This document shows positions 62,000 through 64,000 of a stretch of 64,000 nucleotides of DNA, in pieces. The translations under genes were made by a program, and so were the position numbers. The number at the start of each line of letters is the position of its first letter. Positions within the stretch are counted from its first letter, which is position 1. This stretch comes from Octopus sinensis. Its lineage: Eukaryota. The DNA lies in the NCBI RefSeq assembly GCF_006345805.1, contig NC_043022.1:6076001-6140000 (forward strand), read 5' to 3'. The notes beneath the pieces were generated by a model. It had not been told where the DNA came from. It saw only the letters and a list, made by a program, of their open reading frames with translations, and searched no databases.

Positions 62000-62405
62000 C
62001 ACAGGAGTGGCTGAGTGGTAAGTAGCTTGCTTACCAACCACATGATTCTGGGTTCAGTCCCACTGCGTGGCACCTTCGGCCAGTGTCTTCTACTATGGCC
62101 CTAAGCTGAACAAACCCTTGTGAGTGTATTTGGTCGACAAAAACTGAAAGATGCCTATCGTATATCTATCTATCTATATATATATATATATATGTATGTA
62201 TGGTGTGTGTATGTATGGTGTGTGTATGTTTGTGTGTCTGTGTTTCTCCCACCACCAATGTTGTGTGTTTATGTCCCTGTAACTTAGCGGTTCAGCAAAA
62301 GAGACCGATAGAATAAGTACTAGGCTTACAAAGAATAAGTCTTGGGGTCGATTTATTCAACTAATGGCAGTGCCCCAGCATGGCCGCAGTCAAATGACTG
62401 AAACA

Positions 62406-62406
<1 letters not shown>
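62000..62406 (+). mobile_element. SINE family A
   Basis: Both modules are present. Confidence 0.85.
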
Positions 62407-62436
<30 letters not shown>

Positions 62437-62440
62437 CGTC

Positions 62441-62469
<29 letters not shown>

Positions 62470-62478
<9 letters not shown>

Positions 62479-63732
62479 ATACATATATATAATCTTTATG
62501 TTCTGAGTTTTTAATTTTCCTGCTTGTACACCCAAACCCTACATTAGAAGCTTTTAAGTGTAATTGCTGTTGTGTTTTTTGTTCCTAGGTTTTCTATTTG
62601 ATGGTCATTATATTTTACTCATTATCGTTATTGCTATCATTATTATTATTATTATTAATACTATTATTATTATCATTATTATTATGTCACTGTTGTCTTT
62701 ATTTCGCTCAGCTTCTATCTGGTTTGCAAACTTTAAATTTAGAACCAGGTCAGATATGTTTAGAGCAAACTAACAACCCACTTCACAAAGACAGAGAAAA
62801 AAAGAAAGAATAATAGCAATCTAGATGTCTTTTTTTTGTTGTTTTTGTCTATTTCTTTTTTCCTTTTTTTTTTTGTCGTTTTGATTTTTTGTTATGTCAC
62901 GGGTTTTCTTAAGCATGTGGAAAAACATTGCTCTTGTTTTCCTATATTCCCAGTAGAAAGTGGGACAAAACTGGTCACTGTTTATTTTCCCCCCCGTCAT
63001 GCATATATTTATATCGCAGTGCTCCAGCATGGCGACATTACAGTGACTGAAGTAAGTCATGTCAGATCTATGGCTTTTTGGGAATATATATGTATATATA
63101 TATATATATAATATATATATATATACATATATATATAATCTTTATGTTCTGAGTTTTTAATTTTCCTGCTTGTACACCCAAACCCTACATTAGAAGCTTT
63201 TAAGTGTAATTGCTGTTGTGTTTTTTGTTCCTAGGTTTTCTATTTGATGGTCATTATATTTTACTCATTATCGTTATTGCTATCATTATTATTATTATTA
63301 TTAATACTATTATTATTATCATTATTATTATGTCACTGTTGTCTTTATTTCGCTCAGCTTCTATCTGGTTTGCAAACTTTAAATTTAGAACCAGGTCAGA
63401 TATGTTTAGAGCAAACTAACAACCCACTTCACAAAGACAGAGAAAAAAAGAAAGAATAATAGCAATCTAGATGTCTTTTTTTTGTTGTTTTTGTCTATTT
63501 CTTTTTTCCTTTTTTTTTTTGTCGTTTTGATTTTTTGTTATGTCACGGGTTTTCTTAAGCATGTGGAAAAACATTGCTCTTGTTTTCCTATATTCCCAGT
63601 AGAAAGTGGGACAAAACTGGTCACTGTTTATTTTCCCCCCCGTCATGCATATATTTATATCGCAGTGCTCCAGCATGGCGACATTACAGTGACTGAAGTA
63701 AGTCATGTCAGATCTATGGCTTTTTGGGAATA

Positions 63733-63763
<31 letters not shown>
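62470..63763. repeat. 646-bp direct tandem duplication
   Basis: AATCTTTATG starts at 62491 and 63137. The paired ORF translations are identical at offset 646. Junctions lie in (TA)n. Confidence 0.92.
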
Positions 63764-64000
63764 GGAAATTGCGGATGTGCTACCAGTGCCGGTGGCATGT
63801 CAAAACTCTGCTTGTGAAGACCCGTTGAGGCAAGTGACGATCAGAATCGAAATCGATCAATGGAAATTGCAGATGTGTTACCAGTGCCGGTGGCATGTAA
63901 GAGAACTTTCCGTTTCGCGACCGTTGCCAGCACCGCCCCGTTTCGTGTCCGTTGCCAGCCTCGCCTGGCCCTCGTGCCGGTGGCACATAAAAAGCACCAT
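63764..64000 (+). mobile_element. 5' region of a young family B copy with an internal 98-bp-period direct repeat; runs off the window
   Basis: GGAAATTGC(G/A)GATGTG(C/T)TACCAGTGCCGGTGGCATGT at 63764 and 63862, then CCGTTGCCAGCCTCGCC…GGTGGCACATAAAAAGCACC. Confidence 0.75.

Overview
This is AT-rich, microsatellite-dense animal genomic DNA. The SINE landscape suggests an octopod cephalopod (Octopus-like); that is an inference from recognising the repeats, not a database result. Most of the window is intronic or intergenic sequence filled with several tRNA-derived or LINE-tailed SINE families (working names A, B, C, D, F). It also holds Tc1/mariner, pogo-like and piggyBac-type MITEs, a non-autonomous Helitron, and fragments of Penelope (GIY-YIG), CR1 and RTE retroelements. 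Almost all listed ORFs are microsatellite or SINE artefacts. Candidate host exons form a plus-strand gene model with giant introns and possibly two promoters: 26278-26465 > 54154-54212 > 60755-60819, with an alternative first exon at 56097-56163. All joins are phase-compatible, but the product is not identified. A separate minus-strand two-exon 57-aa ORF is possible (9567-9473 + 6934-6856). The most striking object is a 340-bp near-perfect palindrome (30655-30994; 169-bp arms, 1 mismatch, 2-nt loop). It carries a complete minimal type I hammerhead ribozyme motif on each strand and sits in the (TA)n linker of a SINE, inside a MITE array, inside the putative 27.7-kb intron. A textbook recursive-splicing (AG|GTAAGT) site at 8845 and a pair of RFX X-boxes (51300, 51601) are also notable.
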